Origin: an uncultured bacterium
Lineage (GTDB): Bacteria; Patescibacteriota; Minisyncoccia; Phycocordibacterales; Phycocordibacteraceae
Length of the DNA stretch: 64,000 nucleotides
Direction of reading: 5' to 3'
NCBI GenBank assembly: GCA_947085985.1
Contig: CAMTYL010000003.1
Location: 298,108-362,107, forward strand
This document shows positions 55,632-64,000 of this stretch, piece after piece; position 1 is the stretch's first letter, and every line of letters starts with the position of its first letter. A program made the translations under genes and the position numbers. The notes beneath the pieces were generated by a model. That model was not told the origin of the DNA, made no database searches, and worked only from the letters and a program-made list of their open reading frames with translations.

Positions 55632-55667
55632 CATAAAAACGAAGAACGCGCCCTGCACCAGTATCTT

Positions 55668-57350
55668 CTAAGAACCTGCTGCGCCGTCTTCAAGTCTAGA
55701 CCCAGCCGGCGGCAGCGCGCGCGTAGTGAGTCGCTTCAAGGAATCGCTCAAATCCTGGAATTCTTTGTTCCGAAGACTTACCAGTACCCCAATAGCAACC
55801 AATAGACCCACCATACCAGCTAGAAGGCCTTGCGTGAATACCGCCAAGGTCGTGGTGAGTGGCTCCACATTGCCCATAAAGGAAAGCACCCCGTAGGCTG
55901 CTGTACCGCCCAAAATTCCCGCTCCGAGCGCTTCAAAGAGTGGCCGTATGAGAGAACGCGCTATTCCCGGCGCAACCGTGCGAAGCGTGATAAGCGCAGC
56001 AGTCGCAACCAGTAGCTGGCCAATCGTCGCTCCAACGGCGATGAAGAGGATGCTTGAACCACTCACTCCGTCCACACGGAAGAGTGTCTCCATAAAGTAC
56101 TGCAACTGCGGATAGTTTGTCGCAAGGGTTAGAAGCCCGACGGCCACGGCAACCGACACGCCTGCGTCAGCCAGCTGCATTAAGAGCGGGTTCCAGGAGC
56201 GCTGTGCTGCGTAGAACGCCCGAGCGCACAAGAGGATTATGCCCTGTGCTGCTAGTGCGACGATGAGGATTGCAAGAATAGCCGCGGTAAGGCGCGTATC
56301 GTCCCAGCCGAAGGCGCCGGTTCCAAGCACTATGCGCACAATATGCGCGCGAAGCACAATGGTGAGCACCATCACGATGACTGACCAAAAAATGATGTGT
56401 CGCGCCGCCGCACTAATTGTGTCTCTATAGGCCACGCTCTGTTTCTTGCGGTGATGTTCAGCAAGCACAGGAAACGCAGCGGTAGCGTAGGCAGCCCCAA
56501 TGAGTGAGAGCGGCACAGCCTCAAGATTGCTCGCAAAGGTGAACACGGACACGCCGCCCTCACCCGTTCTTGCGGCGAGGATAGTGAGCGCAAGAGTCAC
56601 CAGGGAGCCCATAGCAAGCGCCATCGAGCGCGGAAGTGAATCCTTCATCACCCCCCAAATAACCGCAGGGTTCGGGATGGTAGGTACCGGCAAGAGTCGC
56701 TCCTTAGTCAGAACAGGAATGTGGATGGCCAGATGAAGGAGGGCGCCAATCACCACACCCATACCAACACCCGAAAGTCCGTACACCGGATAGAGGAACA
56801 ACGTTCCTCCAATAATTCCGAGGTTATACAGCACGGGAGAAAGCGCAAATATGAGGAACTTGCGCTTCACTTGCGTCACACTGGTGGCAATTCCCGAGAG
56901 ACCCAGAATGATTGGCTGCAGTAGGAGTAATCGGGTGAGCAGCACGAACTCATCAGCGTTTTGGCCCGCCATCAAGCTTGGATACATGAGCGACAACAGT
57001 GTGGGCGCAGCAAACGCAAGAGCCGTGCAGATAAGTGCACCCACCACAAAGAGAAATGATGAGGTCTGCGAAATAAGTTTTCGCATCTCTATCGGGTCTC
57101 CACCTGAAAGACGCGGAATGAGCACGTATGCAGACACGAGTGATGCTACAAGGGCAAACACTAAGTCCGGCACACGGAAAGCGGCATAGTACAGGTCCAA
57201 CATCTCTCCTGCTCCAAACTGGTGCGCGAACTGACGATCGCGAACGAGCGCGAGAAGTTGCGAGGCTAACGTAAGGAACGCAAGCAAGTACGCGGCCTGG
57301 TGCAGGCCGCGTACTGGCTGGGTGATGGTCTTGAGTAGTTTGCTGACCAT
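55668..57350 (-). CDS. murJ: lipid II flippase MurJ/MviN
   Basis: 560 aa polytopic; N-terminal 'LLALVRDRQFAHQFGAGEMLDLYYAAFRVPD' MurJ signature. Confidence 0.8.
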   Translation of the reverse strand: MVSKLLKTITQPVRGLHQAAYLLAFLTLASQLLALVRDRQFAHQFGAGEMLDLYYAAFRVPDLVFALVASLVSAYVLIPRLSGGDPIEMRKLISQTSSFLFVVGALICTALAFAAPTLLSLMYPSLMAGQNADEFVLLTRLLLLQPIILGLSGIATSVTQVKRKFLIFALSPVLYNLGIIGGTLFLYPVYGLSGVGMGVVIGALLHLAIHIPVLTKERLLPVPTIPNPAVIWGVMKDSLPRSMALAMGSLVTLALTILAARTGEGGVSVFTFASNLEAVPLSLIGAAYATAAFPVLAEHHRKKQSVAYRDTISAAARHIIFWSVIVMVLTIVLRAHIVRIVLGTGAFGWDDTRLTAAILAILIVALAAQGIILLCARAFYAAQRSWNPLLMQLADAGVSVAVAVGLLTLATNYPQLQYFMETLFRVDGVSGSSILFIAVGATIGQLLVATAALITLRTVAPGIARSLIRPLFEALGAGILGGTAAYGVLSFMGNVEPLTTTLAVFTQGLLAGMVGLLVAIGVLVSLRNKEFQDLSDSLKRLTTRALPPAGSRLEDGAAGS

Positions 57351-57373
57351 CGTAGATTACTCACCTATAACTT

Positions 57374-59818
57374 CTACTGCCCGACGGTGGTTGCGGGGGC
57401 AGGCGCTTCACTTACTTTCTGTGGAATACCAAGAGCTCCGAGACGCGACTGCGGGAATGGATTCTTGCCTGCACGAAGCGTCGCCAAGTCACTTGCTACC
57501 GCCTCAGCATTCTCAGGCGAGATTGCCGCAACGGTCTCCAGTTCCTTAATTGCCTTTGCGTAGTCACCTGAGATTGCGTACATAACCCCAAGGAAGAAGC
57601 GCGCGTTTGCGTACTGAGGATTCAGCTCAACTGAGCGAGCGAGGGCAGCGATTGCGCCTGCATTGTCCCCATTAGCCGAGCGAAGAATTCCTACCTGGAA
57701 GATAACGGTTGGATCGTTTGGCGCAAAGTACGCTGCGGCCTCAGCTGCCTGAAGAGCCTCTTTTGCCTTACCAAGCTGCACCATGAGCTGTGAGAGCAGG
57801 AAGATTGCCTGAGTGTAGTCACGCTTCAAAGTGATGGTCTGAATGAGTACACCTTCTGCTGCAATCCCGTTGCCCTGTGCAATTTCAAGCTGCGCGAGCA
57901 CGTAGAGCAGACTCGGATTGGTTGGGTTAAGTGCGATGGCACGATCGTACGCAGTTTTTGCGTTATCGTATGCTCCCTCAATCTTAAGCGGCACCACAAT
58001 ACCGTAGACGTTTCCAAGCATTACCCAGTTTTGGTAGTTGTTTGGATTCATCTTTGTTGCAGCCAGCGCGTCTTGGATTGCCTTTGAAAGAGCAGTCTGG
58101 AATCGCTGCTGTGCCTCTGACGCGCCAAGGGTATCGTCTGCCGCAATCTCTCGCATACGTGCGATGCCAATAGCAGCAGCTACTTGATACGCGCGGTCGG
58201 TCGGCGCAAACAGGATAGAGCGATTGATAGCAGCGTCTGCGCTCTCATACTTTCCTGCTGCAAGTGCAATGCTTGCCTCGTTGTACGCAACGCTTGCAAG
58301 GTAGCGCTCTATAACAACGTAGGTTGCAAGAATTGATGCGAGGAGCAAGAGGGTGAGCCCGAACACAATCACAAAGCCGACACGCGGACTGCGGGTGAAG
58401 ATGATTCCCCATTCACGCGCCTGCTCACCATACCGCATCGTTGATATAAACAATCCGGCCAGAATGAAGCCAAGCACGAGTACTATCGGACCAGGCACCG
58501 CAAGGATTGCGAGTGCCACCACGTACATGAATCCAGTAAAGGACGCCATGCTCGCAAAACGAACAAATGGGTCTTTTGGCGAGCGCAAAAGAAGCATGCG
58601 TAGCCCCAAGAAGAGGAAGAGACCGAGGAATCCAATCCATGCGAGCGCCCCAACGACTCCCGTAGTCACAAATGAGGTAGGGATGTAGCCGACCCCCGTG
58701 CCGAAGTCAATGTTCCAGAACACGGTGTCGTTCAACGCACGGTCACGGAACTTAAGCCACTGAGAACCAAAGGTTCCAGGACCTGAACCAAACACCGGAG
58801 ACGATGCGTAGGTGTGACTACCCACATCAAAGGTGGACGTCCATGATGGGCGAACATCAATCACATTTGCGCCAAAGGCGTTTACTACGGCGTTTCCGAT
58901 TGTAGATCCACCAATAAGGAAGAAGAGGCCGATTGCAAGGGTGACGAGCGGGGCCACCAAAGAACGCGAATGACCCTCTCCAACTTCCTGCTCATTCTCT
59001 GCGAGCATAAGAGCAACTCCGTCAAGATCGGAGTCGTCGCCAGGAGCACGGTTCTTCATAATTGCCTCAATAAAGAGACCGAACGCAACTAGAACAACAA
59101 GTGCCCAGACAATCGTGGAGTTAACCACTGCTAGTGCTAGGAGTCCTAGGCCGCCACAGATATAGAGAGCCAGGCGTACACGCGGAGCGAGCTTAAGGAA
59201 GCGAAGGGCAAGAAGCGCAACCGTGATAGCAAGACCCACCACCATACCAAGGTCTGAGAAAGAGCCCACGATATTTGTCGTAGCCGATACCTTTGTTGGC
59301 GCGATGCGGCTCACTATGAACACGACTGCCTGCACCACTACTACGGCGCCGAGCAAAATACCTCCTACTTTGAAAGCGAGCTTCAAGCTCGGTACTCTAC
59401 GGAAGGAGAGCGCCGTGAGCGTTGCTAGGGCCGTAAGAATAAGCACGAATCCTAGCGTGTCAATTTCTATATCGGTACCGAAGAATCCAGCACTCAGTCC
59501 AACACCAGAGAAGAGAGCCGAGAGAAGATACGCAAGAGGTATGAGCCAGAGTGCCCCAAGAAGCGGAAGCGGCGGCACAATCGCATTTCCACGAGTAAGG
59601 CGCGCGAGAATGTAGAGCACAAGCGTCACCAGAGTTCCGATTGCGAGAATGGAAACTTTGGTAAATACAAACGGAATGTTTGCCGCTGGTATAAAGGCGA
59701 CGCTAGCGAGCACAACACTGCCGAGCACGGCAATAGTTGTCGCTATATCAAAAGAAAAACGGCGAGGACGGGGTACGCTCGCATGCACACTACCGGCTGG
59801 TTGGATATCTTGCTGCAT
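57374..59818 (-). CDS. O-antigen ligase (Wzy/WaaL-like) domain membrane protein fused to C-terminal TPR repeats
   Basis: Multi-TM N-terminal 500 aa; C-terminal TPR-like Ala/Tyr/Leu periodicity. Confidence 0.6.
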   Translation of the reverse strand: MQQDIQPAGSVHASVPRPRRFSFDIATTIAVLGSVVLASVAFIPAANIPFVFTKVSILAIGTLVTLVLYILARLTRGNAIVPPLPLLGALWLIPLAYLLSALFSGVGLSAGFFGTDIEIDTLGFVLILTALATLTALSFRRVPSLKLAFKVGGILLGAVVVVQAVVFIVSRIAPTKVSATTNIVGSFSDLGMVVGLAITVALLALRFLKLAPRVRLALYICGGLGLLALAVVNSTIVWALVVLVAFGLFIEAIMKNRAPGDDSDLDGVALMLAENEQEVGEGHSRSLVAPLVTLAIGLFFLIGGSTIGNAVVNAFGANVIDVRPSWTSTFDVGSHTYASSPVFGSGPGTFGSQWLKFRDRALNDTVFWNIDFGTGVGYIPTSFVTTGVVGALAWIGFLGLFLFLGLRMLLLRSPKDPFVRFASMASFTGFMYVVALAILAVPGPIVLVLGFILAGLFISTMRYGEQAREWGIIFTRSPRVGFVIVFGLTLLLLASILATYVVIERYLASVAYNEASIALAAGKYESADAAINRSILFAPTDRAYQVAAAIGIARMREIAADDTLGASEAQQRFQTALSKAIQDALAATKMNPNNYQNWVMLGNVYGIVVPLKIEGAYDNAKTAYDRAIALNPTNPSLLYVLAQLEIAQGNGIAAEGVLIQTITLKRDYTQAIFLLSQLMVQLGKAKEALQAAEAAAYFAPNDPTVIFQVGILRSANGDNAGAIAALARSVELNPQYANARFFLGVMYAISGDYAKAIKELETVAAISPENAEAVASDLATLRAGKNPFPQSRLGALGIPQKVSEAPAPATTVGQ

Positions 59819-59939
59819 ATAATCTTTTTACAATGGCCCTAATAATCTTAGTAAGTATAGCTTATTCCGCGGGGTAAACCCCGCAAATCGTGGGGAAAAG
59901 CGAAATCCGCCCGATAAGAGGCGGATTTCGCATGTTTTT

Positions 59940-60310
59940 GGACTGGCTCGATAAGCCGAATTCTGTCCCAGCTCCACTTTTGCATTGCTGCTAAAGTGGG
60001 GCTGGGGACGATCATTTATCTGGGACTACTGTTACCAGCAGCCTCGAGCGGCACCCATGAACCCAAGAGTTCAAGTACGGCCTTGCACAGAGGTAAGGAT
60101 TTAGCCGTTTCATTCTCTGTGTCGCCACAAAGATTCATCTCAAAGAGATGTCCTTTGCTTTCGCTCCGGACGTCACTGTTCGCACCTCGCGCATCACTGC
60201 GGACGGGCGTTACCCGCTACCTTGCTGATCAGTGCTTTCGCACTGCCTGAGTTCGGACTTTCCTCTATGTCGCCTCCGAAGAAGGGCACAGCGATCGTCT
60301 GAGCCAGTCC
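59940..60310 (-). ncRNA. rnpB: RNase P RNA (bacterial type A)
   Basis: P1 pairing GGACUGGCUC/GAGCCAGUCC at the two ends; 'AGAGGAAAGUCCGAAC' (CR-I/P4) and 3' 'ACAGAAUUCGGCUUAUCGAGCCAGUCC' (CR-V) consensus; terminator hairpin 59900-59931 + U-run. Confidence 0.8.
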
Positions 60311-60332
60311 GTATGGATTATACCACGCTATC

Positions 60333-60797
60333 TTAGTTCCGCCAGTTATCGGGGAGTGCAATCTTGTCACCTACCTTGTACCCGCGCGCACGTGACTCCC
60401 CTGCACGCATTTCAAGCACGAGGCGCACAGGCTCTGGTGCTTCAAACGTGGTGCCCGGATATGTTTCTGACACTACCGATTCCTCAATCCCTACAATAGT
60501 GCCGTTATCAGACAGCCACACAATATCAATGGGCACAAGCATGTCTTTCATCCAAAATGAGTATGTGTCCGCTTTTGGAAATACAAAGAGCATGCCGTAC
60601 CCTTGCGGAACACTCGTGCGTCCAGAGAGTCCCCGCGACCACTCTTCAGGTGTTCTCACTATTTCAAAGGTAAGAGGGGCTTCTACATCTACCGCGACCA
60701 CCGGCGCGTGCACATTCTTTGTGGTCAGAACAAACGAGACAGCAAGTACAATAAACGCAACAACAGATACGATGGCGAAACTTCGGTAGTCCTTCAT
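60333..60797 (-). CDS. DUF192-family protein
   Basis: 'GLSGR...GMLFVF...FWMKDMLVPIDIVWL' DUF192 pattern; start taken at 'MKDYRS' because a terminator-like hairpin (60826-60843) lies in the upstream ORF extension. Confidence 0.5.
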   Translation of the reverse strand: MKDYRSFAIVSVVAFIVLAVSFVLTTKNVHAPVVAVDVEAPLTFEIVRTPEEWSRGLSGRTSVPQGYGMLFVFPKADTYSFWMKDMLVPIDIVWLSDNGTIVGIEESVVSETYPGTTFEAPEPVRLVLEMRAGESRARGYKVGDKIALPDNWRN

Positions 60798-60961
60798 ATG
60801 CACCTTAGTGTAGCGCATCAAAAAACAAGAAACCCCGCACAGGGGCGGGGTGTTCTTCTCTTTCTTCAATACTTGAACTGAATTATTTACGGCCTAGTTG
60901 TAAAAAGTGTCGGTCCGAAGACCGAAATAAGCCGTAAACAGCTCACTTCAAATATAGATAT

Positions 60962-60990
60962 ATATTATCACCTCCACCCAAATCTGTCAA
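60962..60990 (-). promoter_or_regulatory. sigma70-type promoter TTGACA-N17-TAATAT directly abutting a 15-nt copy of the tRNA-Ser 3' end
   Basis: Read on minus strand; drives a ~170-nt leader/sRNA-like region with two terminator-like hairpins. Confidence 0.45.
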
Positions 60991-61225
60991 GTGCGGAGGC
61001 GGAAAGACCGCGAGTACACCCCAAGGGCATTTCCAATTTCTAATTGCTTCGCTCAAGAAATCTAGGGCCGCTTTTCGAACCTTACAGGTTCTGTACACCT
61101 TGTGGGCAGTTTGTTCGCATAAGAATGCTCCATCCTGCACTCACAAGGTCTTCGAATCTCTCCCGCACAGCTCCCAGCTGTGCTCGCCTCAGCAAATTAA
61201 AAACCGCCCTGCGGCGGATTTAATT

Positions 61226-61312
61226 TGCGGAGGCGGAGAGATTCGAACTCTCGGTACCTTTCGGCACGCCACCTTTCCAAGATGGTGCACTAGACCGCTA
61301 TGCGACGCCTCC
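61226..61312 (-). tRNA. tRNA-Ser (anticodon GGA), type II
   Basis: Acceptor GGAGGCG/CGCCTCC, anticodon loop TTGGAAA, long variable arm, T-arm GAGAGTTCGAATCTCTC; terminator CCGCCGCAGGGCGG+U5 at 61201-61225. Confidence 0.85.
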
Positions 61313-61336
61313 CTTGTGTTGCTGTTATAACACATC

Positions 61337-62227
61337 CTACACACCTGTGCCGAGAAGTGCTTGCACACGCTTCTCTACGGGTGGGTGGGTTGCGAAGAGA
61401 CCATTCACAAAGTTCATGGCGCTCTTTCCGTACGGGTTTGCAATAAAGAGGTGCGCGGTCGCGTGACTGGTGCGCTGCATCGGTGCGTCGTATCCACTAA
61501 TCTTCTGAAGTGCTCGAGCCAGACCCTCTGGGTAGCGGGTAAGGAGCGCACCAGACGCGTCTGCAAGGAACTCCCTACGGCGGCTAATAGCCAGCTGTAT
61601 AAGTTGTGCTGCAATCGGCGCCAGAATAATTCCAACAATTGCCAGAATCATAAATAGCCCACCACGATTGCTGTCGCGGTCACCCCCAGAGAACGACATG
61701 CGTAGGAACATGTCAGCAAGAATTGCGAGGAATCCTGCGAGCACCACGGCAACCGTCATTACGAGCATGTCGCGGTTTTGAATGTGCGAGAGCTCGTGTG
61801 CAATTACCCCTTCAAGCTCTTGCCTATCAAGCATGGCCAAAAGACCGGTGGTGGCAGCGACAACCGCGTGCTTCTCATCGCGCCCCGTGGCAAACGCGTT
61901 TGGCGCAGGGTCCTCAATTACGTAGAGCTTTGGCATAGGAAGTCCTGCGGCAATAGCCATGTTCTCCGTGACCGTGTAGAGGTCAAAATGCTCTTCACGA
62001 GTAGCGGGCTTTGCGCCCGTCATAGACAGCACCTGCTTGTCACTAAACCAAAAGGCCCATACGTTCATAACCACCGCAATACCCATTGCAATGTAGAGCA
62101 GACTTGGCGATTGGTAGTACCAGGAAACCCCGTATCCAATAGCAAGCACGATAGCGAGGAACATCGCCATAAGGAACGCGGTGCGCCATGCGTTTTGTGA
62201 GCGCTGCTGGTAGAGGGTTGTTGCCAT
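61337..62227 (-). CDS. htpX: zinc metalloprotease HtpX (M48)
   Basis: 'IAHELSHIQN' HExxH, N-terminal TM helices. Confidence 0.85.
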   Translation of the reverse strand: MATTLYQQRSQNAWRTAFLMAMFLAIVLAIGYGVSWYYQSPSLLYIAMGIAVVMNVWAFWFSDKQVLSMTGAKPATREEHFDLYTVTENMAIAAGLPMPKLYVIEDPAPNAFATGRDEKHAVVAATTGLLAMLDRQELEGVIAHELSHIQNRDMLVMTVAVVLAGFLAILADMFLRMSFSGGDRDSNRGGLFMILAIVGIILAPIAAQLIQLAISRRREFLADASGALLTRYPEGLARALQKISGYDAPMQRTSHATAHLFIANPYGKSAMNFVNGLFATHPPVEKRVQALLGTGV

Positions 62228-62270
62228 AGGTAGGTATATGTAAGGACGCCTGGGAAAGCGACCTATTACG

Positions 62271-62840
62271 TTAGAAGGATACGGCTACTGGCTCCTTTGC
62301 CGCCTGGTCTGCCTCGGAGAGCTCAAACAGATCCATCTGCACGAACTTGAACATGCCAGCAATGATATTCCCCGGGAATGACTCAATCGCCGTGTTAAGT
62401 GCCATAACGGTCTGGTTGTAGAAACGGCGAGACGCCTGAATCTTGTCCTCGGTGTCAGCAAGCTCCTTCTGAAGCTGGAGGAAGTTCTGGTTTGCCTTTA
62501 GGTCTGGGTACGCCTCTGCAATGGCAAAGATGGACTTAAGTGCGCCCGTGAGCATGTTTTCTGCTTCTGCGTGCTGTGCTGGTGTAGCAGTGGCGCCAAC
62601 GCCCATAGCCGCAGCGCGCGCGTTTGATACGTTCTCAAACGCCGCAGCCTCGTGTGCTGCGTATCCCTTCACCGTGTTGATGAGGTTTGGGATAAGGTCA
62701 TAGCGACGCTTAAGCTGCACATCAATGTCAGACCAGGCCTCCTTTGCCTGATTACGCTTTGCAATAAAGCCGTTGTAGGCAAGAGCAACAGCAACCCCGA
62801 TTACGGCGAGTACGCCAAGAACAGTGTATAAGGTAGTCAT
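62271..62840 (-). CDS. lemA: LemA-family protein
   Basis: N-terminal TM then LemA helix bundle; promoter TTGACA-N16-TACAAT with ATG 8 nt after -10 (leaderless); ORF caller's TTG start at 62876 is the -35. Confidence 0.7.
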   Translation of the reverse strand: MTTLYTVLGVLAVIGVAVALAYNGFIAKRNQAKEAWSDIDVQLKRRYDLIPNLINTVKGYAAHEAAAFENVSNARAAAMGVGATATPAQHAEAENMLTGALKSIFAIAEAYPDLKANQNFLQLQKELADTEDKIQASRRFYNQTVMALNTAIESFPGNIIAGMFKFVQMDLFELSEADQAAKEPVAVSF

Positions 62841-62955
62841 ATATCTATATTGTATAAGTTGCTGGTCTATTGTCAAAAATAGTGATATGCGAAAACACCC
62901 CGGACCAGAATGGTCCGGGGTGTTTCGTTTTCTTTTCTGGAACAGGGAAGTTGGG

Positions 62956-64000
62956 CTAGAAATCCATTCCGCCCATGCCCCCGCTCATGTCACCCGCTCC
63001 AGACTTAGGCTCTGGAATATCAGCGACGGCTGCCTCTGTGGTGATAAAGATAGCCGCTGCAGACACGGCGTTCTCAAGCGCGCTGCGCGTCACCTTAACA
63101 GGATCAATAATTCCCGCCTCCGCCATGTCTGGAACTTCCACACCAATGGCAGCGTCATACCCCGCGAATCCCTTTGCATTTTGTACGCGCTCAACAATGG
63201 CAGACCCGTCGTCCTTTCCAGCATTAGCAAGAATCTGACGAAGCGGTGCTTCTAGTGCACGGCCCACAATGGCAAAGCCGGTCTCCTCGTCTTTGGAATC
63301 AAACTCCCAATCCTCAACACGGAGAAGGCGAGACACCTTTGCAAGCGCCGTACCGCCACCAGGCACGATACCTTCCTCAATAGACGCCTTTGTTGCCTTC
63401 ACCGCGTCATCAATCTTGTCCTTCAAATACTTCATCTCGGTCTCGGTAGCAGCACCAACACGGATGACCGCAACACCGCCAGAGAGCTTTGCGATGCGCT
63501 CCTCAAACTTTTCAATGTCGAACTTGCTCGTGCTCTGCTCCTTTAGTGTGTTCAGCTGCTGCACGCGTGCCTCTATATCAGTCTTACTTCCCTTACCACC
63601 CACAAACACGGTTGAGTCTTTACCTGCTACCACACGTGATGCCTTTCCGAGCACCGAAAGCTCAGCATTCTCAAACGTCATGCCAAGGTCGCTTGATACC
63701 ACCGTTGCGCCAACAACTGCTGCGATGTCTGCGAGCATTTCCTTCTTGCGGTCGCCAAATCCTGGCGCCTTTACCGCAAGCACGTTAAAGGTGCCGCGCA
63801 GCTTGTTCAGAATGAATGTTGCAAGTGCGTCCCCTTCAATGTCGTCCGCAATGATGACAAGCTCTTTCTTTCCTGACTGCGCAATCTTTTCTAGGAAGGG
63901 AAGTATGTCCTGCACCGTGGAGATCTTGCGGTCAGTGACGAGAATCTGCGCATCGCGCATCTCTGCCTCCATACGCTCAGGATTGGTGACGAGGTATGGG
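62956..64000 (-). CDS. groEL: chaperonin GroEL, C-terminal ~350 aa (gene continues beyond 3' edge of window)
   Basis: Apical/equatorial GroEL blocks; C-terminal 'GGMGGMDF' repeat; terminator 62906-62940. Confidence 0.9.
   Translation of the reverse strand, partial: PYLVTNPERMEAEMRDAQILVTDRKISTVQDILPFLEKIAQSGKKELVIIADDIEGDALATFILNKLRGTFNVLAVKAPGFGDRKKEMLADIAAVVGATVVSSDLGMTFENAELSVLGKASRVVAGKDSTVFVGGKGSKTDIEARVQQLNTLKEQSTSKFDIEKFEERIAKLSGGVAVIRVGAATETEMKYLKDKIDDAVKATKASIEEGIVPGGGTALAKVSRLLRVEDWEFDSKDEETGFAIVGRALEAPLRQILANAGKDDGSAIVERVQNAKGFAGYDAAIGVEVPDMAEAGIIDPVKVTRSALENAVSAAAIFITTEAAVADIPEPKSGAGDMSGGMGGMDF

Noticed and set aside
60798-60869. N-terminal 24-codon extension of the DUF192 gene (MKKEKNTPPLCGVSCFLMRYTKVH)
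   Set aside because: It is encoded by a perfect GC hairpin with flanking U-runs (terminator-like), so the start was moved to the next ATG (60797).
61017-61225. Second tRNA (intron-containing Ser/Leu?) between the duplicated tRNA-Ser 3' ends
   Set aside because: The segment ends in the same ...CCGCCTCCGCA as tRNA-Ser and contains T-arm-like GGTTCGAAAAGC, but I could not build an acceptor stem or complete cloverleaf by hand; reported only as a repeat/remnant.
62871-62876. TTG start codon for lemA chosen by the ORF track (62876)
   Set aside because: The TTGACA at this position is spaced exactly as a -35 box for a TACAAT -10 and a leaderless ATG at 62840; the 12 extra N-terminal codons are more likely promoter than protein.
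1-64000. CRISPR arrays and rRNA genes
   Set aside because: No regularly spaced direct repeats of 24-48 nt with unique spacers were seen anywhere, and no 16S/23S/5S consensus blocks; the only reiterated short element is the promoter module at 11-16 kb, which lacks spacer-repeat periodicity.

Overview
This 64 kb window is a gene-dense bacterial chromosomal segment of roughly 50 % GC. GC values here are estimated by eye, not computed. Its character looks streamlined and CPR/Patescibacteria-like (inference): many short hypothetical genes, a short ValS, a bS21 homologue, and several promoters that seem to make leaderless transcripts.

The housekeeping backbone I can support is: gyrA; rpsA; pyrB; nrdB-nrdA; pth; lepB; a HisRS-like gene; rpsU-ybeY-ftsA-ftsZ; trxB; tsaC; an nrnA-like gene; tsaD; valS; a prsW-like gene; hsp20; lepA; murJ; an O-antigen-ligase/TPR protein; htpX; lemA; and the 3' part of groEL. 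RNA genes are six tRNAs (Ser-CGA, Glu-TTC, Val-GAC, Phe-GAA, Arg-CCT, Ser-GGA) and an RNase P RNA on the minus strand at about 59940-60310.

No CRISPR array and no rRNA was found. An IS200/RAYT-type HuH transposase gene with flanking palindromes sits at the 5' edge.

The most unusual feature is a set of at least ten compositionally foreign single- or few-gene cassettes, GC-rich at about 58-68 %. Each has its own near-consensus TTGACA/TATAAT-type promoter and a GC-rich hairpin terminator, and they are wedged into intergenic positions of the backbone:
- 4.2-5.6 kb
- 8.5-10.5 kb
- 14.4-15.25 kb
- 20.9-22.3 kb
- 28.65-29.05 kb
- 32.57-33.34 kb
- 34.4-35.35 kb
- 42.66-43.08 kb
- 44.05-44.24 kb

The cassette products are small membrane or secreted peptides and 110-250 aa proteins with no family I can recognise, apart from a YkgJ-type Cys-cluster protein and a possible SLOG/LOG-like Rossmann protein.

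Some cassettes carry striking RNA-level features:
- Three consecutive stem-loops with identical CGAUG loops in one 5' leader.
- An identical 34-nt hairpin element flanking a 1.27 kb segment.
- Near-identical terminators flanking a two-gene block.

Other notable items:
- A roughly 37-nt promoter module (extended -10 TGATATAGT abutting the start codon) repeated six times over 5 kb.
- A divergent pair of Zn-ribbon ATP-grasp ligases next to an ATE/Bpt-like aminoacyl-tRNA-protein transferase.
- Two paralogous HTH/LAGLIDADG-like proteins, each beside tRNA genes.
- A 15-nt duplication of the tRNA-Ser 3' end that bounds a 220-bp segment.
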